From Ignisphaera sp. (GTDB taxonomy: Archaea; Thermoproteota; Thermoprotei_A; Sulfolobales; Ignisphaeraceae): a stretch of 58,341 nucleotides of DNA. Shown here piece after piece: positions 48,810 through 58,341 of the stretch (position 1 is the first letter of the stretch; the number at the start of each line of letters is the position of its first letter). Under the pieces are notes generated by a model. It was not told where the DNA came from and did not search any database. It saw nothing but the letters and a program-made list of their open reading frames with translations. A program made the position numbers and the translations under genes. Where the stretch lies: NCBI GenBank assembly GCA_038889075.1, contig JAWAHS010000009.1, positions 1 through 58,341 of the forward strand, read 5' to 3'.

Positions 48810-49612
48810 TATATATCCACACCGGATGAAATTCTAGCAGGTCTGACTATCTTTACAGAACCATAGTTAGCGAAATATTCTGCTAAAGGACCACCGTCAC
48901 CTTCTCTACATACTGCAAATATCGTTGGCCCATTGCCTGATACACCAGCAGCTAAAGCACCTAATTCGATAGCCCTTCTAACTATATCTTCATCATACCC
49001 CATTATTCTGGCAATAAACAAGCCATTCAATGTCATTGCTCTAAATATATCGCCCGAGTAAGCTAATTCAAATATATATTTAAATAAACTGTGATGTCTT
49101 CTCATTTTTTCAACATCTATATTCTTTCTAGTACCCTTGAATAGCAGAACCACATCAAGATCGTCTCTAAAATCGGTAACCCTTAGTATGGACATGTTAA
49201 GATTGTCTGTAAATACTATGCCTCCATAGAAAGCAGCTGATGCATCATCTAGTGCACCAGTAATAGATACCCCAGCTATTTTTGAGAGTTCAGCGGCTAA
49301 TCTAGGAATAGAGGGTTCATATATACCGAATCTATCGATTATAGATCTGATTGTCGCTACGGCAACGGCGCTACTGCTTTTAAGACCACTTGATTGCGGA
49401 ATCTCTGAGTATATATCTACCCTAGATGGAGGTAGAGTATATTTCTCTACAAAATAGTCTATTATTGTCTCTATAAGAGGTGAAGGATAGGTACATACAT
49501 TCTCATTTTCACATACGCTAACCTCGACATAGGTTTTAAGATCAATAGCCATTACAGAGCCGAGCCACGCTGGTATAGCATTGACTATCGAAATCCCTCC
49601 GTATGCGTACAT
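48809..49612 (-). CDS. aroK: Archaeal (GHMP-type) shikimate kinase
   Basis: [39 protein letters not shown]. Confidence 0.92.
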   Translation of the reverse strand: MYAYGGISIVNAIPAWLGSVMAIDLKTYVEVSVCENENVCTYPSPLIETIIDYFVEKYTLPPSRVDIYSEIPQSSGLKSSSAVAVATIRSIIDRFGIYEPSIPRLAAELSKIAGVSITGALDDASAAFYGGIVFTDNLNMSILRVTDFRDDLDVVLLFKGTRKNIDVEKMRRHHSLFKYIFELAYSGDIFRAMTLNGLFIARIMGYDEDIVRRAIELGALAAGVSGNGPTIFAVCREGDGGPLAEYFANYGSVKIVRPARISSGVDI

Positions 49613-50757
49613 AGCTCTCTATACCACCTCCACCTGTTAGAGATGGCATTTGCTATATCATCAGATATCTTAACCATAGGTAGCAGACCAGATCTCATTA
49701 CATGATCTGCTATTACAAGGGCTGTCATTGCTTCAACAACAGCGACTCCCCTTATACCTATACACGGATCGTGTCTTCCTTTGATAATTATTGTTTTCTC
49801 TTCTTGGGTTCTCAAATCAACTGTTTTTTGGGGTTTACCTATAGAGCTTGTTGGTCTAAATGCACATCTAAATACTATAGGCTCGCCAGTGGTGATGCCA
49901 CCTAGTATGCCACCGCTATAGTTATAGAGCCATCCAATTCTGGAACCCCTAACTATAATCTCATCTAGAACGCTACTGCCTTTAGCTTTCGCATACTCAA
50001 ATCCGAGACCTATTTCAAAGCCTACAACACCTGGAATAGACATTACGGCTTTAGCTAGGTCAGCCTTAACTTTATCAAATACTGGTTCACCTAGACCAGC
50101 AGGAGGATTCTTTACAACTACTTGGACGGTCGCACCATAGCTATCACCATCCCTAATAGCGCCCTCGATCATTTTAATAAATACCTCCTCATACCTCTTC
50201 ATACATGGTTTAACTGGACTACATCTAGAGCTGAGCGCATCTTCAAATGTTACATCATCAACTATTTCAGCATCTCCTATGGATTTTACGCACCCAGCAA
50301 TCCACACATCCAAGGCCATCAATAACTTCTTTGCTATAGCACCAGCAGCGACTCTTGCAACCGTCTCCCTACCACTGGCTCTTCCACCACCTCTATAATC
50401 CCAATTTTCAAATCCGTATCTGATAATGTATGGAAGATCTGCATGTCCAGGTCTTGGTGTAAATCTTATTTCTTCATAATAGGAGAAGTCTACATCAGTG
50501 TTCCTCACAATAATTGCTATAGGTGCTCCTGTGGTTCTACCATTAAATACACCAGATAGAATTTCTACCTTATCCTCCTCCCTTCTAGGGGAAACAAATC
50601 GATAGCCGGGTCTACGAAAAGAGAGCTCATATTCTATATCGCTACCATCTAGAGGTAAGCCAGCTGGTACACCATCTATAACTACACCGACTGCGGATCC
50701 ATGGCTTTCCCCAAAGGTTGTAATTCTAAGGAATTTACCAAATGAATTTCCTGCCAT
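49585..50757 (-). CDS. aroC: Chorismate synthase
   Basis: [38 protein letters not shown]. Confidence 0.96.
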   Translation of the reverse strand: MAGNSFGKFLRITTFGESHGSAVGVVIDGVPAGLPLDGSDIEYELSFRRPGYRFVSPRREEDKVEILSGVFNGRTTGAPIAIIVRNTDVDFSYYEEIRFTPRPGHADLPYIIRYGFENWDYRGGGRASGRETVARVAAGAIAKKLLMALDVWIAGCVKSIGDAEIVDDVTFEDALSSRCSPVKPCMKRYEEVFIKMIEGAIRDGDSYGATVQVVVKNPPAGLGEPVFDKVKADLAKAVMSIPGVVGFEIGLGFEYAKAKGSSVLDEIIVRGSRIGWLYNYSGGILGGITTGEPIVFRCAFRPTSSIGKPQKTVDLRTQEEKTIIIKGRHDPCIGIRGVAVVEAMTALVIADHVMRSGLLPMVKISDDIANAISNRWRWYRELCTHTEGFR

Positions 50758-51532
50758 AGAGATACCCTATGACCCTATCTTCGGGAAAGTAAATTCCATT
50801 CCATATTTTTTGAGATTCAATAGCTTGTCGTACAAGCACTTCAATTCCGTTGACGATTTTTACACCTCTATTCTTAGCTTTTCTAACTAATATAGTTTCA
50901 ACAGGTGTGTAGACAAGTTCTACAACGAGCTTAGCTGTAAGACAGCTATCATGTACATAGGATGGATTTGGAGTCGCATTTACAACAATATCAACACTAT
51001 CCGTGCATGTGTTCCCTACATAAGCCTCATAACCTAATCTACCAAGCCTCCTAACGAGTTCTACAGCTCTTTCAACACTTCTATTCACAATAAAGAGCTT
51101 ACATCCGAGATCTCCGAGAGCTACTGCAGAAGCTTTTGCAGCCCCGCCAGCTCCATAGATATAGCAGATCATACCAGCGATGCTTCCCATTTTCTCATTA
51201 ACAAGACTCTTAATAGCTATGTAGTCCGTATTGTATCCGCGTCCTCTATGTATGGTGTTTACAGCTCCGATCCTTTCACTATTATGATCAATATCATTTA
51301 GAAACTCGATCACCTTTTCTTTATATGGTATAGTGATGTTAATACCTTCACAGAGGTCAATTATAGTATAGATATCCCTTCCAAATTTTTCTTCAGGTAT
51401 ATCGAATGCTAGATATATAGCATTATATCCGGTTTCCTGAAATATATAGTTATGTATAGCGGGCGATAGTGTATACGATATATTATGCCCAACTAAACCA
51501 AATAGTTTTGTATTTGCATTTATCCAAGACAT
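50735..51532 (-). CDS. aroE: Shikimate dehydrogenase
   Basis: [32 protein letters not shown]. Confidence 0.93.
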   Translation of the reverse strand: MSWINANTKLFGLVGHNISYTLSPAIHNYIFQETGYNAIYLAFDIPEEKFGRDIYTIIDLCEGINITIPYKEKVIEFLNDIDHNSERIGAVNTIHRGRGYNTDYIAIKSLVNEKMGSIAGMICYIYGAGGAAKASAVALGDLGCKLFIVNRSVERAVELVRRLGRLGYEAYVGNTCTDSVDIVVNATPNPSYVHDSCLTAKLVVELVYTPVETILVRKAKNRGVKIVNGIEVLVRQAIESQKIWNGIYFPEDRVIGYLYGRKFIW

Positions 51533-52584
51533 CTTTCCACAGCCGATCTCAATTCATCAATTGAAATCCTATAGAGGGTCCATGAACCTAACGATAATGG
51601 TATTGGAAGAAATATGTAGTCACCATGTCTCTTCTTGTCCTTTAGCATTGCACTAAATAGAATTTGTTTATCAACTTCAATATCCAGTTCGTCTACTGAT
51701 GTGGGTAACCCATACTTCTTTAGAATATTTGTAAGCTCAATTAAAACCTCTCTATCCGTAATGCTAAGGTCTGTTCCAATAGTGGCTTCACATACCATAC
51801 CAATGGCTATGGCCATTCCATGAGGTATTGTGAAATTGGTTACAGCCTCTATTGCATGCCCGATTGTGTGGCCATAGTTTAGCACCATCCTTGTATTTTG
51901 TAACTCATATGGATCCCGCTTAACTATAGATACCTTATTGAGTGTTGATCTATATATTATGTATTCGATAGCTTCGTAATCTCTAGCGAGAATTCTAGCA
52001 CTATTTTCAGATAGATATCTAAATAGTTCACAGTCTAGGACAGTACCATATTTTATAACTTCAGCAAGACCATTTACAAACTCTCTTTCTGGTAGTGTAT
52101 CCAGATAGAGTAGATCGGATATGACAATATATGGTTGATAGAATGAGCCCACAACATTTTTAATGCCATGAAAGTTGATAGCATTCTTGCCACCGAGGGC
52201 AGCGTCAACCATACCAAGCAGTGTTGTAGGTATGTTTATCAATCTAATACCTCTCATATATATAGATGCAGCAAACCCTGCAACATCTGTAAGTGCTCCT
52301 CCTCCGAGAGCAATTATGTAATCTTTTCTTTGAAATTCTTTTTCAGAAAGGAATTGCACTATTTGCATAACTATACTTAAGTCTTTAGCCTGTTCACCTC
52401 CAGGTAAAACAATTTCGAATAGTTTAGTTTTTACTGCATCCACTACGTACCTTGGATCGACTGCATCCTGTCTGATTAGCAGAACCTTTCCACTAATTTC
52501 ATTCTCTAGAACCTTTCTGGTTATGGCTCTACCTATAAATACCTTTGTATTCGAACAACATATAGATTCTTCTACTACTTTCAT
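51520..52584 (-). CDS. aroB: 3-dehydroquinate synthase
   Basis: GE..K, GGGALTDVAGF, PTTLL..VDAALGGK, EVIK, LNYGHTIGHAIE, HG.A. Confidence 0.95.
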   Translation of the reverse strand: MKVVEESICCSNTKVFIGRAITRKVLENEISGKVLLIRQDAVDPRYVVDAVKTKLFEIVLPGGEQAKDLSIVMQIVQFLSEKEFQRKDYIIALGGGALTDVAGFAASIYMRGIRLINIPTTLLGMVDAALGGKNAINFHGIKNVVGSFYQPYIVISDLLYLDTLPEREFVNGLAEVIKYGTVLDCELFRYLSENSARILARDYEAIEYIIYRSTLNKVSIVKRDPYELQNTRMVLNYGHTIGHAIEAVTNFTIPHGMAIAIGMVCEATIGTDLSITDREVLIELTNILKKYGLPTSVDELDIEVDKQILFSAMLKDKKRHGDYIFLPIPLSLGSWTLYRISIDELRSAVERCLG

Positions 52585-53570
52585 ATATATCTCCCTATGG
52601 CCTCAGCAACAGCTTTAGCTCTCCTCATGATATTCTCAAACTCTTCAATATTCAATTGCTGTTCAGCATCGCTTAGAGCTTTTTCAGGATTTGTATGAAC
52701 CTCAATTATAAGCATGTCCGCTCCGGCTGCTATACCTGCTAATGCAAGCGGTTCAACTATATCTTTCCTACCTGCAGGATGGCTTGGATCCAAAGCTATA
52801 GGCAGATGCGTTAGTGTTTTTGCCACTGCAAATCCAGCTATATCTAAGGTAAATCTAGTGCTTTTTTCAAACGTTCTTATACCTCTCTCACAAAGCACAA
52901 CACTACCATTACCTTCTAGAAGCACGTATTCTGCTGTAAGAATCCATTCTTCAACAGTCATGCCAAATCCACGTTTAAGAAGCACTGGCTTTTTAAGCTT
53001 ACCAACCTCTTTAAGAAGGCTATAGTTTTGAGCATTTCTAGCACCAATCTGAATCATATCAGCATATTTAGCTACAAGGCTAACGTCTCTTACATCCATA
53101 ACCTCTGTAACAACGGGTAGACCTACGACCTCCGATGCTCTTTTAAGTATCTTCAAACCCTCTTCACCAAGACCTTGAAAAGAGTAGGGGCTGGTTCTAG
53201 GCTTGAATGCTCCACCCCTTAGTATCTGAGCACCTACTCTCTTAACAGCCTTTGCAATCTCAATCATCTGTGTCTCACTTTCAACGGCACAGGGACCAGC
53301 TGCTATGATTATACCTCTACCACCTACTTCAACATCACCAACATTAACAGTAGTTTTATCCTTCCATTCGTTTGATGCCAATTGATACGGCCTTTTTGTC
53401 TTTACTTTAATCTTTATGGATTTATCATCTATTCTTTCAACAAGACTATCGGGCCATGCAATCACGAGTCTTACTCCGTATATATCTACAATCCTATATG
53501 ATGCTGAAACATTCTCTATTTTTTCTATCAGTGATGAATACTGTAAATTTTCTTTTAAAATGAATATCAT
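52581..53570 (-). CDS. aroF: DAHP synthase, type I-beta
   Basis: AGPCAVE, RGGAFKPRTSPYSFQG, QIGARN, LKRG, CERGIRTF, DPSH. Confidence 0.93.
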   Translation of the reverse strand: MIFILKENLQYSSLIEKIENVSASYRIVDIYGVRLVIAWPDSLVERIDDKSIKIKVKTKRPYQLASNEWKDKTTVNVGDVEVGGRGIIIAAGPCAVESETQMIEIAKAVKRVGAQILRGGAFKPRTSPYSFQGLGEEGLKILKRASEVVGLPVVTEVMDVRDVSLVAKYADMIQIGARNAQNYSLLKEVGKLKKPVLLKRGFGMTVEEWILTAEYVLLEGNGSVVLCERGIRTFEKSTRFTLDIAGFAVAKTLTHLPIALDPSHPAGRKDIVEPLALAGIAAGADMLIIEVHTNPEKALSDAEQQLNIEEFENIMRRAKAVAEAIGRYI

Positions 53571-54610
53571 ATTTGTCTACCTATACTTTCAATTACATCT
53601 TTTAAAACATCAACAGCTTCCTTCCTTACGAATACTGAAAAAGGATTGGTCTTCTGAATTTCGAAAATAACATTCTCTATATGCTTAAGTCTTTCGACAA
53701 TAGTCCTAACTTCCCTATATGTAGGCGTTGAAAGTTTATCTGGATAAATATGTAGTTCCTGGGAAAGTTTTTTCAAAGCCTTTGAAAAAGCAGTGAGATA
53801 GAGGTGTGTAAGAACCTGCACAATGGCCATAGCCTTCTCATGCTCCTCAAGGTCTACTACAACTGGTTCTAATCCAGCAGAAAACCATAGATCAACAACA
53901 TCTTGAAGAACAGTAGCACCCGTCTTGGACGGTATTATAGCAATCTTCTCACCAATAGGTGGTGTAAGAGGTCCGAACAATGGATGCACCGATACGTACA
54001 TGAAGTTGTTCTGCAGGGATTCGCCTTCAAGATAATGGAATACCCATGATTTAGACGACAGGATGTCCATGGCTACTTTATTTCTAAGATGTACAAATAA
54101 TTTGTTTACATAACCGTTCTTATAAGCCTCGAATGACAAAGCCAAGACTATGTATTCACCAAATTCTATAGCTGATTCCAAATCCATATATCTACATCCA
54201 AGAGTTTTGGCCAGCTCTTCAGCTTTATCTAAATTTCTACCAGTTATTACCACTTCGTGACCTACCTTAACAAGTTGCCTTGCAAGTACACTAGCCATAT
54301 TACCATATCCAATGAATGTTACCCGTTTCTGCAACTTCTTCCTACCCCTTAAATTGATCTGCAGACTCTTTGAATATTTTATTAACAAATCCGCTAGGAT
54401 TGAAACAATGTCAACTGGTATGCCATATTCTACAGCGAGCCTTCTCCAATTCATTTTAACCATCAACTCTCGTTCATCATCAGAAATACCTCTACCTTCA
54501 GCATTCTTCACTTCAGCAATTCTCTGAACCATCTCAAGTCTCTCACCTATTAATCGAACTATTTCTCTGTCAATTTCATCTATACGTTTCCTAAGCTCAT
54601 CTATTGTCAT
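53567..54610 (-). CDS. tyrA: Chorismate mutase-prephenate dehydrogenase fusion
   Basis: N-terminal [19 protein letters not shown] (AroQ), [33 protein letters not shown]. Confidence 0.88.
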   Translation of the reverse strand: MTIDELRKRIDEIDREIVRLIGERLEMVQRIAEVKNAEGRGISDDERELMVKMNWRRLAVEYGIPVDIVSILADLLIKYSKSLQINLRGRKKLQKRVTFIGYGNMASVLARQLVKVGHEVVITGRNLDKAEELAKTLGCRYMDLESAIEFGEYIVLALSFEAYKNGYVNKLFVHLRNKVAMDILSSKSWVFHYLEGESLQNNFMYVSVHPLFGPLTPPIGEKIAIIPSKTGATVLQDVVDLWFSAGLEPVVVDLEEHEKAMAIVQVLTHLYLTAFSKALKKLSQELHIYPDKLSTPTYREVRTIVERLKHIENVIFEIQKTNPFSVFVRKEAVDVLKDVIESIGRQI

Positions 54611-55550
54611 ACTTGATTACCTCCAGACAGGCTTTTACAATGGATCTACTATCTATATTGAAGTATTCTAGGAGCTCCCTTACGCTCTTTGCCGACCTAC
54701 CAAAGGTTCTAGCACCTATAAATCTCATTGGAACTGGATACCTTTCAGCAACAACTTCTGCAACAGCGCTTCCTATACCTCCATAAACCACGTGTTCCTC
54801 AACGGTTACAATACGACCTGTAGCCCTTGCAGCTCTTTCAATACTTTCAACATCGATGGGTTTAACTGTTAGAAGGTTGATAACAGAGGTGCTAATACCC
54901 ATTTTCTCCAGCATCTCAGCCGCAGTTAAAGCCTCATACAATATTGGACCAGCACCAACTATTGTAACATCATAACCGTCTCTCAGTGTATATGCTTTTC
55001 CAAGAGCAAATTCGTAATCATGTCCGACAGTCACAGGTGGTGCATAATCCCTCCCAATTCTATAGTACACAGGTCCCCTTACATCAGCTACTATACTCCT
55101 CAGACTCCTCTTTATATCAGCTATATCTGCAGGAACCACAATATTCATATTTGGTATGGCACGCATAACCGCTATATCTTCAAGTGCTTGATGGCTCGAC
55201 CCATCTGCATGGTCGCTATAGCCAGCATGTGTAGCTATGATCTTTACATTTAGATTCATTCTAGCCACGGTATTTCTTATCTGTTCCCACGCCCTTAGAA
55301 CAAACATCGCGAATGCGGCTACTATAGGCTGTGCGCCAGCTGATGCTAACCCAGCGGCGAAGCCTATCATATGCTGCTCAGCTATTCCAACATTATAGTA
55401 TCTATCTGGAAACTTCTGACCAAATCTATATACTCTTGTTGGTCTTCCAACGTCAGCAGTTATTACCACGAGGTCTCTAACTTCCTCACCAAGGCTAGCC
55501 AGTATCTCTCCAACTACATCACGCATTCCAATGGATTGCTCTACTTTCAT
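54597..55550 (-). CDS. Transketolase C-terminal subunit
   Basis: GIAEQ, RAWEQIR, DGSSHQ..ED, EEH..GGIGS. Confidence 0.93.
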   Translation of the reverse strand: MKVEQSIGMRDVVGEILASLGEEVRDLVVITADVGRPTRVYRFGQKFPDRYYNVGIAEQHMIGFAAGLASAGAQPIVAAFAMFVLRAWEQIRNTVARMNLNVKIIATHAGYSDHADGSSHQALEDIAVMRAIPNMNIVVPADIADIKRSLRSIVADVRGPVYYRIGRDYAPPVTVGHDYEFALGKAYTLRDGYDVTIVGAGPILYEALTAAEMLEKMGISTSVINLLTVKPIDVESIERAARATGRIVTVEEHVVYGGIGSAVAEVVAERYPVPMRFIGARTFGRSAKSVRELLEYFNIDSRSIVKACLEVIKYDNR

Positions 55551-56349
55551 CCAGAGGCTCCTCTACAATCTGGTTAATGTTTTCATTGACTGTTTTTACT
55601 CCATGGTTAGCCACAGTTTTAGCAAAGATTACCGTAGGTCTATCCGATTCCAAAGCTTCATTGATAGTGCTCACAATACTTACTATATCATGACCATCAC
55701 ACCACAGGACTCTCCATCCAATAGCACTCCATACAAACGGTAAATAGTATTTTGATTTAACTACCTCAGTTTCACCATCGAGTTGAGAACCGTTCCAGTC
55801 AATTATAACTATAAGATTACTCAGCCTAAGCGTAGCTGCATGCGTTATTGCTTCCCATACCTGACCCTCATCCTGCTCGCCATCACCCATTACAACAAAT
55901 ACTCTTCCATTTCCATTTTTCAATTTAATCCAAGTAGCTATACCTATAGCAAAACTTATGCCTTGTCCGAGGCTACCCGTGGACATGTCTACACCCGGTA
56001 CACCTATATCGGGATGGTTCTGCAGGATAGAATTGATGCTGTTTATTTTGATAAGCTCCTCCTTTGATATAAGACCGATTTCAGCCAAAGTAGCATATAG
56101 AGCTGGGGCAGCGTGACCTTTGCTCAATATAAGCCAGTCTTTATTTAGGGAATCAACATCCCTCTTAATATATTTTGTTAGAAGAGTGGCTATTATATCT
56201 ATAGCGCTTAGAGAGGAAGCGATATGGATATGCTTGTCGTAACTGTACATTAGAACTAGATTCTTTCTGGCATTTGTAGTTACATTCTGAATCTGATTTA
56301 ATTCTTCACCAATGTTTTTCAGTATTGGAGTTGCATCTACCTTCACCAT
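55519..56349 (-). CDS. Transketolase N-terminal subunit
   Basis: [25 protein letters not shown] motif, DGHD. Confidence 0.93.
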   Translation of the reverse strand: MVKVDATPILKNIGEELNQIQNVTTNARKNLVLMYSYDKHIHIASSLSAIDIIATLLTKYIKRDVDSLNKDWLILSKGHAAPALYATLAEIGLISKEELIKINSINSILQNHPDIGVPGVDMSTGSLGQGISFAIGIATWIKLKNGNGRVFVVMGDGEQDEGQVWEAITHAATLRLSNLIVIIDWNGSQLDGETEVVKSKYYLPFVWSAIGWRVLWCDGHDIVSIVSTINEALESDRPTVIFAKTVANHGVKTVNENINQIVEEPLDESRAIHWNA

Positions 56350-56360
56350 TGAAATTCCAT
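56343..56360 (-). other. Candidate uORF M-E-F-Q-W at the head of the aromatic operon
   Basis: GGTGG SD, 5 nt, then ATG GAA TTT CAA TGG TGA; the transketolase ATG (56349) is nested in the -1 frame. Confidence 0.6.
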
Positions 56361-56398
56361 TTCGGCCACCACAGGACAGTATATTATACTGGTGTGCC

Positions 56399-56410
56399 TT
56401 TTATAAGTTT
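56399..56410 (-). promoter_or_regulatory. BRE/TATA of the tkt-aro operon
   Basis: AAACTTATAAAA about 28 nt upstream of the SD. Confidence 0.55.
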
Positions 56411-56438
56411 TACTTACTTATATATTTTATACAGATAT

Positions 56439-56453
56439 GTACGATAATGGTAC
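56439..56453. promoter_or_regulatory. Candidate Lrp/LysM-type binding site
   Basis: 15-bp imperfect palindrome GTACGATAATGGTAC upstream of the aro TATA box. Confidence 0.4.
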
Positions 56454-56731
56454 TGGTTACCGTCAAGCATTACTATGAATTCGAATACTATGGGTCAGAT
56501 GTTCTGCTCTGAAGAATCTGAGCTGAAGAATTTATAATTGAATGAGCAAGCTATGTATCAGTAAAAGAAGTCCTTCTAAAGAACGCTATACACTTTGCCT
56601 TGCGTTACGGACGGGTGATCTGTTATTTAGAGTTTTCAATAGTTTAGATTTGAGTACTCTAAATGTGCTATTAAAGTTGATTAATCATTTGACAATTATA
56701 AGTCTGTAAGGTGTTGATGGTGGAAAAGGTG

Positions 56732-57451
56732 CTATAGATTTCTACAGCACAGATCAGATAGAGTACAGTGGTAGCATCTAGGTTTTCTAGCTGTACAGAT
56801 TCTTCTCCCATGAACTATTAGCAGGAGATGGAGTGCAGCGAGACTGTCAATATCGTTATTCAAATAGTTAACTATCTTCATTCTCACATCTTCGTATCTG
56901 TCACTAGATGATGTGATTCCTAATCTTTTTACAACTCTATTTATATGTGTATCGATTGGGAACGTAGGTTTCTTTAAAACCATTAGTAGAAATACATCAG
57001 CTGTTTTAAGACCTACCCCAGGTAGTTCTAGTAGCCTCTTTCTCGCTTCTTTTACATCCATCCGCTCCAGATCTTTGAGATAGTGAGGGTTTTTCTGTAG
57101 AATCACTGCCAATTCCTTTAGAATCCTACTCTTTCTATTAGCTAAGCCTGCTACTCTTATAGCACTCTTCAGCACACTCTCATCGACTATGGCGATATTC
57201 TCATGTGTTATCTCTTTTAATACCGTCTTTAAATTATTGAAAGCCCTTATCGCATTCCTATCGCTTGTATTCTGACTTAATATAATTGCAGTTAGAATTT
57301 CAAAGTAGTTAGGTACGCCGTGCTCTTTATCTAGAGCATTTTTTAGAATAAATTCATCTAAATCCACATTATGTGTTTTAAATAGAATTTCAATGATTTT
57401 CCGAATTCTGCTCTCATTCCATATACATACATTGGAATTCGATTCAGACAT
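56732..57451 (-). CDS. nth: Endonuclease III (HhH-GPD glycosylase, 4Fe-4S)
   Basis: ILSQNT, LLELPGVGLKTAD HhH, FPIDTH, C-x6-C-x2-C-x5-C. Confidence 0.92.
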   Translation of the reverse strand: MSESNSNVCIWNESRIRKIIEILFKTHNVDLDEFILKNALDKEHGVPNYFEILTAIILSQNTSDRNAIRAFNNLKTVLKEITHENIAIVDESVLKSAIRVAGLANRKSRILKELAVILQKNPHYLKDLERMDVKEARKRLLELPGVGLKTADVFLLMVLKKPTFPIDTHINRVVKRLGITSSSDRYEDVRMKIVNYLNNDIDSLAALHLLLIVHGRRICTARKPRCYHCTLSDLCCRNL

Positions 57452-57600
57452 ATAGAACATCCTGAATACTGTATATCGGTAGAGGCTGTGGAGCATGCGT
57501 TAATATAAGAGTTTCGCTTATAACGGTATTGAACTTAGAGCCCAAGGTATACTGCTAGAATTTTTATTGAGTACACCTATGTTATACTGGATGTTATCTG

Positions 57601-58341
57601 CTACCTGATTTTCTTTTTCATTTTCAGAACATCTCTAACCTTAGGATTTACTGGGTGTTTTGGATCCTCTCCTCTCAATACCCTTACAACTTCCTCTGCT
57701 ACTGTAATTGCCATAGCTCTTCTACACTCATTTGTGAGCCAAGCTATATGTGGTGTTAGAATAGTATTTTCAAGCTCTAGGATTGGATCATCAAATGGTA
57801 TAGGTTCTTGTTGAAAAACATCTAGGGCAGCGCCAGCTATTCTACCTTCTTTTAATGCTCTATACAGTGCTCCCTGGTCTATAACACCTCCTCTAGCAAT
57901 ATTAATTATATATGCAGTGGATTTCATTAGTGAAATTTCCCTCTCTCCTATCATACCCTTTGTCTGCTCAGTAAGCGGTACAGCTATAACTATGAAATCC
58001 GATTCTATAAGCAGATCGTCCAGCTTCCTGTATTCTATACCCTGTTCCTCAGCCTCCATCTTCCTAACAATATCATAGTATACTATCCTCATTTTAAAGC
58101 CTTTGGCTCTTTCAGCAATCCTTTGACCTATTCTCCCAAGTCCGATGATACCAATGGTTTTACCCCGTAAACCTACCCCCGCAAAGGTAGTTGCTAATTT
58201 AGTAATGCTATCCATAGTCCACTGCCTCGATTTCACAAATTTATCAGCTCTACATACATTTCTACTAATACATAGAAGTAGAGCAAATGCGTGATCAGCA
58301 ACGGCATCTAGCAACTCTTCAACAGGCGTTATAGTAACCCA
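57601..58341 (-). CDS. D-2-hydroxyacid dehydrogenase / glyoxylate reductase (5' end outside the window)
   Basis: AVADHA, GLGRIG, INIARG, ALDVF..EP, TPHIA; frame open to the window edge. Confidence 0.88.
   Translation of the reverse strand, partial: WVTITPVEELLDAVADHAFALLLCISRNVCRADKFVKSRQWTMDSITKLATTFAGVGLRGKTIGIIGLGRIGQRIAERAKGFKMRIVYYDIVRKMEAEEQGIEYRKLDDLLIESDFIVIAVPLTEQTKGMIGEREISLMKSTAYIINIARGGVIDQGALYRALKEGRIAGAALDVFQQEPIPFDDPILELENTILTPHIAWLTNECRRAMAITVAEEVVRVLRGEDPKHPVNPKVRDVLKMKKKIR

Noticed and set aside
266-56067. Numerous 60-170 aa ORFs antisense to or overlapping identified genes in the ORF track
   Set aside because: Shadow ORFs of well-supported genes with no motifs
56312-56535. 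66-aa plus-strand ORF and short CTGAAGAAT direct repeat upstream of the aro operon
   Set aside because: No SD or motif, overlaps the promoter, and the repeat is too short to interpret
1-58341. CRISPR arrays, tRNA or rRNA genes, classical attenuator hairpins
   Set aside because: No repeat-spacer periodicity, cloverleaf or rRNA-like tract seen by eye; the leaders are too short and AT-rich for terminator/antiterminator pairs

Overview
Archaeal DNA, about 38% GC by eye. GGTGA/GAGGTG Shine-Dalgarno (SD) sites, TTTATA/TTTTAAA TATA boxes and the gene repertoire suggest a crenarchaeote resembling Desulfurococcales/Ignisphaera; the taxon is an inference. The window is an amino-acid biosynthesis super-cluster: serA-serC-DUF89; a Re-citrate-synthase-like enzyme with a LeuC/D-type aconitase and an IDH-like dehydrogenase; thrC-ppcA; thrB-hom-lysC-asd; a LysW-dependent Lys/Orn pathway with lysM; argGH-carAB; and a split transketolase plus complete shikimate operon. 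Interspersed are peptide and branched-chain amino-acid ABC transporters, a TnpB-only mobile element with inverted ends, GH127, Nudix, amidohydrolase, TrxR-like, Nth and a 2-hydroxyacid dehydrogenase. Main observation: at serA, thrC, thrB, lysX and the first gene of the aro operon, the best-spaced SD points to an out-of-frame 3-8 codon uORF that carries a codon for the pathway's product (Ser/Cys, Thr, Thr, Lys, Phe/Trp). The enzyme ORF is always in the -1 frame, and thrC has no canonical in-frame start ahead of its zinc ribbon. This is a candidate archaeal amino-acid-sensing translational control (hungry-codon -1 frameshift or reinitiation). All product calls come from motif recognition; no database searches were run.
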